Shown here in pieces: positions 1 through 9,263 of a stretch of DNA of 64,000 bases. Source of the DNA: a virus; IMG/VR virus record IMGVR_UViG_3300023180_000036, positions 1-64,000 of that record. The stretch is one strand, 5' to 3'. Position 1 is the stretch's first letter. Every line of letters begins with the position of its first letter. A model generated the notes under the pieces. It was not told the DNA's origin. It made no database searches and saw only the letters and a program-made list of their open reading frames with translations. The position numbers were made by a program, and so were the translations under genes.

Positions 1-1
1 A

Positions 2-130
2 AGAATTGGTGGACTTCATAATTATAACGCATACGGAATAAAAATGTATATACAAGATGCAAAAATTACCAGAGGATTGGCAAAATACACTGCAAACTTT
101 ACACCGCCTACAGAATCATTTAAAGCATAA
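2..130 (+). CDS. 3' end of a LamG/concanavalin-A-like virion protein (partial)
   Basis: Frame 2 reads ...YIQDAKITRGLAKYTANFTPPTESFKA*, the typical C-terminus of phage LamG domains. Confidence 0.65.
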   Translation, partial: RIGGLHNYNAYGIKMYIQDAKITRGLAKYTANFTPPTESFKA

Positions 131-134
131 TACT

Positions 135-172
135 TTCCCTATCCTCAACTAAGTACTCTTTTATTATATACT
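135..172. repeat. 38-bp exact repeat, copy 1 (copy 2 at 48896-48933)
   Basis: TTCCCTATCCTCAACTAAGTACTCTTTTATTATATACT is identical at both sites. Confidence 0.95.
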
Positions 173-191
173 GGGTTTAGATAAATGTAAA
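163..191 (-). promoter_or_regulatory. Leftward sigma70-type early promoter
   Basis: Minus strand TTTACA-17 nt-TATAAT. Confidence 0.75.
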
Positions 192-206
192 CCCTAAAAT
201 TAGTTA

Positions 207-235
207 TTTACATTATATAGATAATAGTATATAAT
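207..235 (+). promoter_or_regulatory. Early promoter for the glycan island
   Basis: TTTACA-17 nt-TATAAT, T4 early-type -35 box. Confidence 0.8.
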
Positions 236-261
236 AATTAAAACAATAGGATGATTTCGTT

Positions 262-1041
262 ATGAAACGATTGATATATCAGGTATACGTTGGAAAGCGT
301 TTAAAACTTTATGATCATTGTGTAAATTCAGTAGCAGAATATTGTAAAAAATATGATATTACTCACGAAGTACAAAGAACTCCCATTCTTAGAATAAAAC
401 CCGACGTGTTTGTAACAAACCGTAGTCGTGAATCATATGAAAAATATGGCGGTTTCTTACCTATATACGAAAAAGAAAATGCTTTTTCTTATTTAAAAAC
501 TTATGATCAAGTTGCCATTATAGATGCCGATGTATGGATAAGACCAAACTCTCCAAATATTTTTGATGACCTAGAACCAGAATATGATTTTGGTGGAGTA
601 GTTGAACGTGAAATGCCTCTTACAAATCAATATAAATCTAAGATTATTGATTATTCAAGAATGCAATATTCTACAATTAAAAAAGTAAACTGGAAATGGA
701 ATAATCTTGGTGCAGAATTTATGAATATGGGTATTATGGTTATGAATCAAAAGATTCAGAAATATTTAAGAGGAGAAACTCCTGCACAATTTATTAGACG
801 ACCAGAGTTTAAATCTTTTGTTGATGGAATGGGTGCTTGGAAATGGTCTACAGATCAAACTCTTTTAAATACTTGGATACGTGAAGAGAATATGAAAATT
901 AAAAATATGGATTGGAGATGGAACGGTTTATTTACTGCAAATACTCGAATTAAAGAGTGCTACTTTGTTCATTTTTTTAAAAAACAATCATTGCCTATGA
1001 ATGGAGAAAATATAAAAGAATTGATGGAATTTGTACAATGA
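262..1041 (+). CDS. Putative GT-A glycosyltransferase
   Basis: IIDADVW DxD motif, MNMGIMV, TDQTLLN, W.WN and FVHF motifs resembling GT8/GT34. Confidence 0.7.
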   Translation: MKRLIYQVYVGKRLKLYDHCVNSVAEYCKKYDITHEVQRTPILRIKPDVFVTNRSRESYEKYGGFLPIYEKENAFSYLKTYDQVAIIDADVWIRPNSPNIFDDLEPEYDFGGVVEREMPLTNQYKSKIIDYSRMQYSTIKKVNWKWNNLGAEFMNMGIMVMNQKIQKYLRGETPAQFIRRPEFKSFVDGMGAWKWSTDQTLLNTWIREENMKIKNMDWRWNGLFTANTRIKECYFVHFFKKQSLPMNGENIKELMEFVQ

Positions 1042-1829
1042 AAAAATTAATATATCAAGTTTGCATTGGTCAAAAAAGTAATTTATATGAATATTGTATT
1101 AATTCTGTAAGTGAATACTGTAAAAGAATAGGAGCTAAACATATAGTTCAGAGAGAACCAATTCTTAGAATTAAACCCAATCCATTTATGAATCAAAGAG
1201 AAGGTAAAACCGGAGGCTGGAAAAAATATGGATACATGCCAATCTTTGAAAAAGAAAATGTTTTTAATTACTTTAAAAAATATGATCTATGTTGTGTAGT
1301 AGATGCCGATATTTATATAAGACCAAATTCTCCAGACATATTTGAAAACTTTAATCAGCAATATGCACTCGGTAGTATATACGAATGTGATTTACCCATA
1401 AATGATAATTACGCACAGAAAATAAAAAATTATTCTAGTATGCTTTCTATGTTTAAATTAGATTGGGATATAAAACCAAGAACTGGACACTCTTTTTTTA
1501 ATTCTGGAGTTATAATATATAATAGTAATAAAATGATAGAAGTGTTAAAAGGAATGAGTCCTAAACAATTTTTAGAACAACAAGAGCTACAAGATTTTAT
1601 AAATGGTATAGGTCCGTTTAAATGGCAATCAGATCAAATGACTCTTAACTATTGGTTAAAAAGAAATAAAATTGATGTACAAAGAATGGATTGGAAATGG
1701 AACTGTTTATATTCTACAGTAAATGACGAAGACTTAAAACAATCTTACTTTGTGCATTTTTTCTTAAAGGATCATCTACCTGATAAAGGTGAAAATATAA
1801 CTAAATTGATGGAAAAAATTAATGTATAA
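1038..1829 (+). CDS. Putative GT-A glycosyltransferase, tandem paralog of 262-1041
   Basis: Collinear similarity (KLIYQV, PILRIKP, PIFEKEN, DADIYIRPNSP, FNSGV, DQ..LN). Confidence 0.7.
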   Translation: MKKLIYQVCIGQKSNLYEYCINSVSEYCKRIGAKHIVQREPILRIKPNPFMNQREGKTGGWKKYGYMPIFEKENVFNYFKKYDLCCVVDADIYIRPNSPDIFENFNQQYALGSIYECDLPINDNYAQKIKNYSSMLSMFKLDWDIKPRTGHSFFNSGVIIYNSNKMIEVLKGMSPKQFLEQQELQDFINGIGPFKWQSDQMTLNYWLKRNKIDVQRMDWKWNCLYSTVNDEDLKQSYFVHFFLKDHLPDKGENITKLMEKINV

Positions 1830-1986
1830 TATTTCAACAGTATGTCCAACTCGAGGTCGACCATATTCGTGTGAAAAAATAGTTAAAAGTTGGATTAGGG
1901 CCACAAACAATTCTGAACTTATTATATACTTTCAAAATGATGATAATGAAGAAAATTTAAAAAAATATAGAGAATTAGTCAAATGA
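1822..1986 (+). pseudogene. 54-aa N-terminal fragment of a GT2-like glycosyltransferase
   Basis: MYNISTVCPTRGRPYSCEKIVKSW...IIYFQNDD resembles a GT2 N-terminus; stop overlaps the next ATG. Confidence 0.5.
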
Positions 1987-2549
1987 CAATATTATATGAT
2001 ATAGGAGCATATAAAGGATCATTTACTCGTAATATTATTAAAAAAAATCCTAATGTAATTTCTTATATGTTTGAAGCAAACAATAAATTAACAAAGCCTA
2101 AAGATTTAAAAAAACATTATTGGTTTAATTGTGTACTTTCATCTAAAGATAATAAATTAGTTAATTTTTATTACAGAGGCGGAACGGGAGATTCTTATTA
2201 TAAAGAAACAGATATGACCGGTGCATATACTGATCCTAATTCTTATGATTTACAGATTAAAAAAACTAAACATCTTACAGAATTTAATATACCTTTACCT
2301 GATATTATTAAAATTGATACTCAAGGATCCGAATTAGATATTTTATCAGACTGTGATGAAATTTTAAATTACTGTAATACAATATATACGGAAATGCCGG
2401 CACCAAACATGGTTTACAATCAAGGAGCTCCCTCATATGAAGAATATGTAGATTTTTTTAAAAAGCACGGTTTTATAAATTTTTCTATTGAAAAAGAACA
2501 TGTAAAAAGAAATGAAGTATATCAATACGACATAAGGTTTACCAAATGA
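1983..2549 (+). CDS. FkbM-family SAM methyltransferase
   Basis: YDIGAYKG, FEAN and IKIDTQGSELDIL motifs. Confidence 0.85.
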   Translation: MTILYDIGAYKGSFTRNIIKKNPNVISYMFEANNKLTKPKDLKKHYWFNCVLSSKDNKLVNFYYRGGTGDSYYKETDMTGAYTDPNSYDLQIKKTKHLTEFNIPLPDIIKIDTQGSELDILSDCDEILNYCNTIYTEMPAPNMVYNQGAPSYEEYVDFFKKHGFINFSIEKEHVKRNEVYQYDIRFTK

Positions 2550-3289
2550 AAAAAGATTGGCAAGATTTTTTAAGAAATATACGGACTGAATTGAAATCAC
2601 ACCCTAATGATTTTCTATCTCAAAACACTATATCATACACTGTTCATCCACATTTTACTGGTAATGCTTTGACTTCGCCGCTTTATCGGGATATGATAAA
2701 GCTAGATTTTTTTCAGGATTTGAAAGATCCGTCGTTCGGTAAGCCTTATCTAGGATTTGATGGGCAGTATAGTATATCTACTATTCAATCCGCATATTAT
2801 ATCAATATTTTAAAAAATGCAGGTTACGGACCAGAGATCCTAAACCATGTTACAGATATTGGTGCAGGTTATGGTAATTTATGTAGGTCTTTTTATAAAA
2901 CTGGATTCAAAGGAAAATATAATGTAGTTGACTTCTCCATAATGGGAGAAATGCAAAAGAAGTGGCTAGACAACACTCTTGGAAAAGAATACAATTATAA
3001 AATTTGCGAAATGACTCCACAGAATTTAAATCCATCACAGGAAAAAAGCTTACTGGTTGGAACATTTAGTATTAACGAAATGCCAATGTCGGAACGCATT
3101 AAAATAGAACCTTTTTATCATCTATATGATTTTATTCTTATTGCATTTAAGAATAATGCAAACTTTGGTGTCGATAATCTACCATACTTTAAGGGTCTTA
3201 TAAATAATCTTAATTTATCGCATAATCTGAAAATTACAAAGTGTTCTTATTTTAAAAATAATCTATTTTTAACGGGAATTAAACTATGA
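2546..3289 (+). CDS. Putative sugar O-methyltransferase
   Basis: DIGAGYGNL SAM motif I and TFSINEMP. Confidence 0.65.
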   Translation: MKKDWQDFLRNIRTELKSHPNDFLSQNTISYTVHPHFTGNALTSPLYRDMIKLDFFQDLKDPSFGKPYLGFDGQYSISTIQSAYYINILKNAGYGPEILNHVTDIGAGYGNLCRSFYKTGFKGKYNVVDFSIMGEMQKKWLDNTLGKEYNYKICEMTPQNLNPSQEKSLLVGTFSINEMPMSERIKIEPFYHLYDFILIAFKNNANFGVDNLPYFKGLINNLNLSHNLKITKCSYFKNNLFLTGIKL

Positions 3290-3720
3290 CTAAAATTTTA
3301 TATACTGGCGGAACTTTTGATCTTTTTCATGCAGGACACGTAAACTTTTTAAGGATGTGTAAGCAGCTTGCAGATACTGTTGTTGTATCACTAAATACTG
3401 ATAAATTTATACAGCAATATAAAGGGTTTGTCCCATTTCATAGCTATGAACAGCGTAGACAGATCTTAGAAGCCTGCATTTATGTTGACAAAGTTATTTC
3501 TAATATATCAGGATCTGATAGTACACAAGCAATAGAAAAAATACAACCACATATTATTGCTATTGGCACTGATTGGGCAAAGAAAGATTACTATGCTCAA
3601 ATGGGATTTTCTCAAGAATGGCTTGATGTTCGTAATATAGTTCTTGTTTACTTACCATATACTGAAAAGATTAGTTCAACAATAATTAAGGAAAAAATTT
3701 CAAAGGCTTATAACCCATGA
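3286..3720 (+). CDS. Cytidylyltransferase (TagD/RfaE-II-like)
   Basis: GGTFDLFHAGH, GTDW and YTEKISST motifs. Confidence 0.85.
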   Translation: MTKILYTGGTFDLFHAGHVNFLRMCKQLADTVVVSLNTDKFIQQYKGFVPFHSYEQRRQILEACIYVDKVISNISGSDSTQAIEKIQPHIIAIGTDWAKKDYYAQMGFSQEWLDVRNIVLVYLPYTEKISSTIIKEKISKAYNP

Positions 3721-4415
3721 AAGTAGCATTATGTATTAGTGGTCAACAAAGACAGACCAAGATATTGCAAAAAGAAATTGATAAAAGACGTTTATATGCT
3801 TTTAAAGATGTAGATGTAGACTTTTTCTTACATACTTGGAAAAATCAAATTTTATTTTATTATGATGATTTAATTACAGAAGTTGAACCTAATATTGATT
3901 ATGATCCTGTTTTGGATACTACTGAATGGGCTGGTTCATATTTTCAAAGTAAAAGAAAAGAAAAAAAAGGAAAATCCTTATACAATTCCACCAAACAAAT
4001 ATTAGCACACAATACATTAGTGTCCAAATTAAAAAAAGATTATGATATAATAATTAGATGTAGATGGGATATTTATTTTTCTGAAAATATTAATTATAGC
4101 GAATGGTTAAAAAAATCTTATAATGAAGGACCTATCAGTATGGGCCATCGAAGGTGGAATTTAGTATATCTTGATAATCCAAAACCTATGGGTGGCTTAC
4201 AAAAAAAAGGTAATCTTCGATGGGAATATATGATTAGTCCTGATGCTATGATTATACATAAACCAAAAGACTGGGATTGTAACAAAGTCATATCTCTACA
4301 TAAAAAAAAGGAATTACTCCCTGGTGAGTGGGGGTGGTATCAAATACTTAGTTCAGGAAAAAATAATCATAAAGGATATCATGGTGGTGTTCTTACTTTA
4401 GCACAAAGGTGGTAG
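3717..4415 (+). CDS. Hypothetical protein of a type seen in glycan clusters
   Basis: MKVALCISGQ.R, FLHTW and YDIIIRCRWD motifs; context. Confidence 0.5.
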   Translation: MKVALCISGQQRQTKILQKEIDKRRLYAFKDVDVDFFLHTWKNQILFYYDDLITEVEPNIDYDPVLDTTEWAGSYFQSKRKEKKGKSLYNSTKQILAHNTLVSKLKKDYDIIIRCRWDIYFSENINYSEWLKKSYNEGPISMGHRRWNLVYLDNPKPMGGLQKKGNLRWEYMISPDAMIIHKPKDWDCNKVISLHKKKELLPGEWGWYQILSSGKNNHKGYHGGVLTLAQRW

Positions 4416-4422
4416 AATAAAA

Positions 4423-5565
4423 ATGAAAATTCTAATTTTAGGCGGAGACGGATTTTGCGGATGGCCAACTGCACTTAAACTAAGCGCAGTTGGTCACGAT
4501 GTTCATATTCTTGATAATTTATCTCGTAGAAAGATTGATAAAGATTTAAATAGTTCATCTCTTACAAAAATTGAATCCATTGAAAAAAGACTTGAAACTG
4601 CTAAAAAATTACAAATGGAAATTGGTTTTACTCAAGCTGATGTATGTGATTCTATGGCATTAAAAGATTGTATTGAAAAATTTAGTCCAGATACAATTGT
4701 ACATTTTGCTGAACAAAGAGCTGCACCATATTCTATGATTTCTGATTCAGAAAGAAGATATACAGTAAATAATAATATTACAGCAACACATACATTACTT
4801 AGTACGATTGTGGATGTAAATCCAAATATTCATTTAGTACATTTAGGAACGATGGGTGTGTATGGATATTCAAAGGATTTTGGTGCTATTCCTGAGGGAT
4901 ATTTAGATGTAAAAATAAATTCGACCGAAAAAGATGTTTCGATTTTATATCCAACAAATCCTGGTTCTATATACCACATGACAAAATCTCTTGATCAAAT
5001 TATATTTCAATTTTATAATAAAAACTGGAATCTTAGAATAACAGATTTACATCAAGGAATAGTTTGGGGAACACAAACAGAAGAAACATCTTTGCATCCA
5101 GATTTAGTTAATAGATTTGATTATGATGGTGTTTATGGTACAGTCTTAAATAGATTTATTACTCAAGCTGCTACTAATCATCCTCTTACCGTATACGGTA
5201 TTGGTGGGCAACGTAGAGCATTTATACATATTAATGATACAGTACAATGTATAAAATTATCTATTGAAAATCCTCCCGAGAATACAGATAGAGTTAGAAT
5301 TTTTAATCAGGTTTCTGAAGTAAGGGGCGTTTTAGAACTTGCTAATATATTGAAAGAAAAATATGGAGCTGAAGTTAAACTATATGAAAATCCCAGAAAA
5401 GAACTTCCAGAAAATGAATTAGAAGTTTCTAATGAGGGATTAGTATCTCTTGGATTTGAACCCATTACTCTTTCGGAGAGTTTAATTGATGATTGTAAAT
5501 TTATTGCAGAACAGTTTGGTAATAGAATGAATCCTAATAATATAATGAGTTCTCCAAAATGGTAA
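4423..5565 (+). CDS. sqdB: UDP-sulfoquinovose synthase
   Basis: GGDGFCGWPTAL, HFAEQRAAPYSM, HLGTMGVYG, PGSIYHMTK, TDLHQGIVWG and NRFDYDG are SqdB/SQD1 hallmarks. Confidence 0.92.
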   Translation: MKILILGGDGFCGWPTALKLSAVGHDVHILDNLSRRKIDKDLNSSSLTKIESIEKRLETAKKLQMEIGFTQADVCDSMALKDCIEKFSPDTIVHFAEQRAAPYSMISDSERRYTVNNNITATHTLLSTIVDVNPNIHLVHLGTMGVYGYSKDFGAIPEGYLDVKINSTEKDVSILYPTNPGSIYHMTKSLDQIIFQFYNKNWNLRITDLHQGIVWGTQTEETSLHPDLVNRFDYDGVYGTVLNRFITQAATNHPLTVYGIGGQRRAFIHINDTVQCIKLSIENPPENTDRVRIFNQVSEVRGVLELANILKEKYGAEVKLYENPRKELPENELEVSNEGLVSLGFEPITLSESLIDDCKFIAEQFGNRMNPNNIMSSPKW

Positions 5566-6239
5566 ATATAATTCTTCAACATTATACCGGCAATCTAGGT
5601 GAGCTTGAAATAGCATCTAAATCTGCATTTGAAAAATATGCAGATATGGTAGGGGCAGAATATCATCTTATACGAGGTAATAAATTTAATATTGCATGCA
5701 GACCACCACTTCAAAAGTTGCACATGCTATCCGAAGAGTTTGATGATTATGATACAACTCTTATGGTAGATATTGATATGTTTCCTGTAAAGAATTTAAA
5801 AGAAAATATATTTGAAATAAAAGGGTATGGTAAACATACGCCGCTACAGAAGAAACTAAGATCAGATCAGGTAAGAAGATTTCCTTTATTGGCATCAGAA
5901 AGCGCTCCTTATTGGGGTGGAGCAGTTTATAAATTGCCGAGAGATATTAGACAAAGATTAAGAAAAGAAATTAATCTGGGTGTTGTTATGACTCTAAATG
6001 GTAAAAATATAAACGATAAATCGGGTAAGGGTGATGAAGGTGTTATGCACTATCTTGCAATGAAAGCCGGCATTGGAGAAAAAGATGTTTATCTTCCAGA
6101 CGATAGATGGAGTTATAATAACTTTGATCCTAATCCTGAAAAAGCTGGTTTTATACACATTCGTAAAAAAATTAAACCTGGGGTAAAAAGTCCTAAGATT
6201 GATAATTATCGGAATCTTTTAGAAAAAGGTGTTATATAA
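5559..6239 (+). CDS. Putative glycosyltransferase
   Basis: MVDIDMF DxD motif, DEGVMH, FIH; context. Confidence 0.55.
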   Translation: MVNIILQHYTGNLGELEIASKSAFEKYADMVGAEYHLIRGNKFNIACRPPLQKLHMLSEEFDDYDTTLMVDIDMFPVKNLKENIFEIKGYGKHTPLQKKLRSDQVRRFPLLASESAPYWGGAVYKLPRDIRQRLRKEINLGVVMTLNGKNINDKSGKGDEGVMHYLAMKAGIGEKDVYLPDDRWSYNNFDPNPEKAGFIHIRKKIKPGVKSPKIDNYRNLLEKGVI

Positions 6240-7051
6240 TGAATTTAATTTATCAGTACTGGGATGGTATTGTAAAACCAAGTGCTGTTGCTGGATCAAG
6301 TAATATGAAAAGATATGCTAAAAAAATTGATTCAGCATATCTTTTTGAAAGAAACCCAAAATATTTTAAAAATGCACCATTACCACATTATGGTGCATTT
6401 AAACCGGTATTTGATAAATCGTTTGATAAATATGAAAATATCTTATTTGTTGATACAGATGTATTTGCTAAACATAATTTAAATGAAAATATATTTTATA
6501 ATTTTAAAGGTGATATTGGTATGTGTTCAGAACCATTACAACCTAAAATAAGAAATACTAGATCAGACGGTAATTCAAATATGAAAACCGAAAAAATATT
6601 TTCAGAAATTGTAGAATATTATGGTGGATCTCAAATAAAAGATAATGATGGTTTTAATAAAGTTTTTAATTCGGGTGTGGTTTTATATTCTAAAAAAGGT
6701 AGAGAAAAGGCTAGAAAATATTTTGATAAATTTAATCAATACTATAATCTTGCAAGAAATAAAGGTCTTGGAGGAGTATATCTTACAGATCAGAATTATT
6801 TGCAAGCAATGGCTCTTATGCCACATTTTGATTTTCAAGAGTTAGATCCCGAATGGAATTCCTGTATTACTTGGGCTCCAAAAAGTAGAGATTATATTAT
6901 TGATTCAAGAACGGATAAAACTAAATTTGTCCATATACAAATGAGAGGAGCAGATAATCTTTCTGCTACACAGTTAGAAGTAATTACAAATAGGCCCGTT
7001 GAGGAATGGGGAAATGATCATCAAGGAAGAAGATTTAAAACAATAACATAA
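6239..7051 (+). CDS. Putative GT-A glycosyltransferase
   Basis: FVDTDVF, FNSGVVL, DQNYL, EWN and FVH motifs. Confidence 0.65.
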   Translation: MNLIYQYWDGIVKPSAVAGSSNMKRYAKKIDSAYLFERNPKYFKNAPLPHYGAFKPVFDKSFDKYENILFVDTDVFAKHNLNENIFYNFKGDIGMCSEPLQPKIRNTRSDGNSNMKTEKIFSEIVEYYGGSQIKDNDGFNKVFNSGVVLYSKKGREKARKYFDKFNQYYNLARNKGLGGVYLTDQNYLQAMALMPHFDFQELDPEWNSCITWAPKSRDYIIDSRTDKTKFVHIQMRGADNLSATQLEVITNRPVEEWGNDHQGRRFKTIT

Positions 7052-7063
7052 ACTGGACAAAAC

Positions 7064-7603
7064 ATGAAATATAAAATATTCGGAATAGGTTTATCAAGAA
7101 CTGGCACTACAACTTTAACTAATATATTAAATAAAGTTGGATATAACATTATACACTATCCTTCAAATAAAATTCAATTATTTTCAAATGCAAATGATGG
7201 GTGTACTGATATACCTGTTATTTTACACTATAAAGAATTATATAAAACTTTTCCGAATGCTAAATTTGTATATACAATCAGAAATAAAGAAGAATGGTTG
7301 AATTCAATAGTACCATATCTTGAAAGAAAAAGAACGTGGAAAGAGATGTCTGGTTCTCATCAAGAACAGGTAAGAACTAAAATATATGGCTATGCTTTTC
7401 CAACAAGACAACAGGCTAGTAATGCTTGGGATAAACATCATAATAGTGTTATGAAATTCTTTAATAATAAACAAGATAAATTATTAGTATTAGATATAGT
7501 TGGTGGTGATAACACCAATAAATTATGGAAATTTTTGGATATGAATAATAGTAATTTGCCAAAAGAATTTCCTCATAGTAATAAACTAGGGTTAGGAAAA
7601 TGA
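7064..7603 (+). CDS. Sulfotransferase-family protein
   Basis: GLSRTGTTTL 5'-PSB loop; FPNAKFVYTIR..EEWLNS 3'-PB motif. Confidence 0.8.
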   Translation: MKYKIFGIGLSRTGTTTLTNILNKVGYNIIHYPSNKIQLFSNANDGCTDIPVILHYKELYKTFPNAKFVYTIRNKEEWLNSIVPYLERKRTWKEMSGSHQEQVRTKIYGYAFPTRQQASNAWDKHHNSVMKFFNNKQDKLLVLDIVGGDNTNKLWKFLDMNNSNLPKEFPHSNKLGLGK

Positions 7604-8022
7604 AAATACTTATTTTTGGATTACCTGGTAGTGGAAAAACTACGTTGGCAAAACCATTTGCCGAATTAATTAATGGTGTTCATATTAATGCAGATGAAAT
7701 AAGACATACATATAACGATTGGGATTTTAGTATTGAAGGGAGAATGAGACAAGCTCAACGTATGAGACATCTTGCTGATGGAGTAGTTCTTGCCGGTAAA
7801 GTTGCAGTAGCTGATTTTGTAGCTCCTACACATAAAGCCAGAAAAGAATTTAATGCCGATTTTACAGTATGGATGGATACAATAGACGAAGGCAGATTTG
7901 AAGATACTAATGCAATATTTGAAAAAGATACCGAAGTAGATTATCATGTAAAAGGTTGGTTTAATGATACTCACGAACAATTATTACCAGTAGTTAAAAG
8001 ATGGATGGAAAGAAATGTTTGA
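7600..8022 (+). CDS. cysC: Adenylyl-sulfate kinase (compact)
   Basis: GLPGSGKTT P-loop, NADEIR and DFSIEGR. Confidence 0.75.
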   Translation: MKILIFGLPGSGKTTLAKPFAELINGVHINADEIRHTYNDWDFSIEGRMRQAQRMRHLADGVVLAGKVAVADFVAPTHKARKEFNADFTVWMDTIDEGRFEDTNAIFEKDTEVDYHVKGWFNDTHEQLLPVVKRWMERNV

Positions 8023-8422
8023 TCATAAAAAACCGACAACGCAAATGCTAGGAAGATGGCAACCGTGGCACCAAGGTCATACTGAATTATTTAAAAAAGC
8101 TTTATTAGAAACTGGTCAAGTTTGTATAATGGTGAGAGATGTTTTTAATATTGAAGGAGATGCCGGTGCAGGAAGAACAATAATACAAGATGATAATCCT
8201 TTTGGCTTTGTTGATATATCTAACAATATACAAGCTGCATTATCAAAAGAGGGGTTTACTTATTACGAAGAATATATTATAATGGAAGTACCAAATATAG
8301 TTGATATAAGTTATGGTAGAGGAGTTGGTTATACATTTACTCAACATGATCTTGGTGAAAAAATTCACAATATTTCTGCAACAAAGATTAGAAAAGAAAT
8401 GAGGAAAAAAGGTAAATTATAA
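8015..8422 (+). CDS. HIGH-family nucleotidyltransferase
   Basis: GRWQPWHQGH and ISATKIR motifs. Confidence 0.75.
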   Translation: MFDHKKPTTQMLGRWQPWHQGHTELFKKALLETGQVCIMVRDVFNIEGDAGAGRTIIQDDNPFGFVDISNNIQAALSKEGFTYYEEYIIMEVPNIVDISYGRGVGYTFTQHDLGEKIHNISATKIRKEMRKKGKL

Positions 8423-8423
8423 A

Positions 8424-9122
8424 ATGCAAGCTTATGCCATAGTTATAAAAGATAATGAAATTTCACAAGCAGGTTATAATAATCTGGTTGAAAGCTTTTG
8501 GAACGTTGGTAATGAATTTCCTCTTATAATGTTTGAAGCAATAACACCAGATAATGTAGAAAAAGAAATGAGAGATAATGACTTACAGTGGAATTATCCT
8601 TGGGAAGGTAGTGTTATTGATTTTTCAACAGGTCTTACAAAATCTGCTTATGTGACTGCTAATAGAAAAGCAAGAATGGCTTGTTTTATGAGCCATTTTA
8701 CTTTATGGCAAAAATGTTTTGAAACCAGAGAACCAATGATTATATTAGAACACGATTCTATATTTTTACATAAAATAGATTTTCATCCGGATGATACTGG
8801 ATTTAATATAGTAGGATTAAATAATCCACTTGGTGCTACTCGTAGAGCAAAACAATATTATGATGCAATATTAAAAAATAAACAACCATTTCAACTAACA
8901 CCATATATAGATGAAGATATGAAAGTTCCACAGGGTCTTGCTGGTAATTCAGCTTATCTTATGAAACCTGAAGGTGCAGAAAAAATGATTTCTTTGGTAT
9001 ATAAGTATGGTATGTGGCCAAATGACGCTATTATGTGTAGACAGTTAGTAAACGGTTTAGGCGTAAGTAGAAAATTTTATACAAGAATACAAGGACTAAA
9101 ATCAACAACCACAAAGGAATAA
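8424..9122 (+). CDS. GT25-family glycosyltransferase
   Basis: ACFMSHFTLW, ILEHD and AYLMKPEGAEKM. Confidence 0.8.
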   Translation: MQAYAIVIKDNEISQAGYNNLVESFWNVGNEFPLIMFEAITPDNVEKEMRDNDLQWNYPWEGSVIDFSTGLTKSAYVTANRKARMACFMSHFTLWQKCFETREPMIILEHDSIFLHKIDFHPDDTGFNIVGLNNPLGATRRAKQYYDAILKNKQPFQLTPYIDEDMKVPQGLAGNSAYLMKPEGAEKMISLVYKYGMWPNDAIMCRQLVNGLGVSRKFYTRIQGLKSTTTKE

Positions 9123-9125
9123 TCT

Positions 9126-9263
9126 ATGTGGCTAGTAAGAGAAAAAATTAGTAAAAGTATTGTAGCAATGTGTTCTAGGCTTGTCGACGCTGAAGCTGTA
9201 GCGTGTAAAGGTTTAGAACACGAAAAATTATACATTGTTGAAAAATATAAGGATACAAAGTGA
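9126..9263 (+). CDS. 45-aa hypothetical protein coupled to gap
   Basis: ORF MWLVREKISK...KDTK* with AAGGA upstream; stop overlaps the GTG of gap. Confidence 0.5.
   Translation: MWLVREKISKSIVAMCSRLVDAEAVACKGLEHEKLYIVEKYKDTK

Noticed and set aside
135-172. 38-bp repeat as a CRISPR repeat, att site or terminal repeat
   Set aside because: Only two dispersed copies, no spacers, no cas or integrase, and each coincides with a promoter.
9126-9263. Two-Cys peptide before gap as a CP12-like regulator
   Set aside because: Lacks the AWD.VEEL core and the C-terminal Cys pair of CP12.
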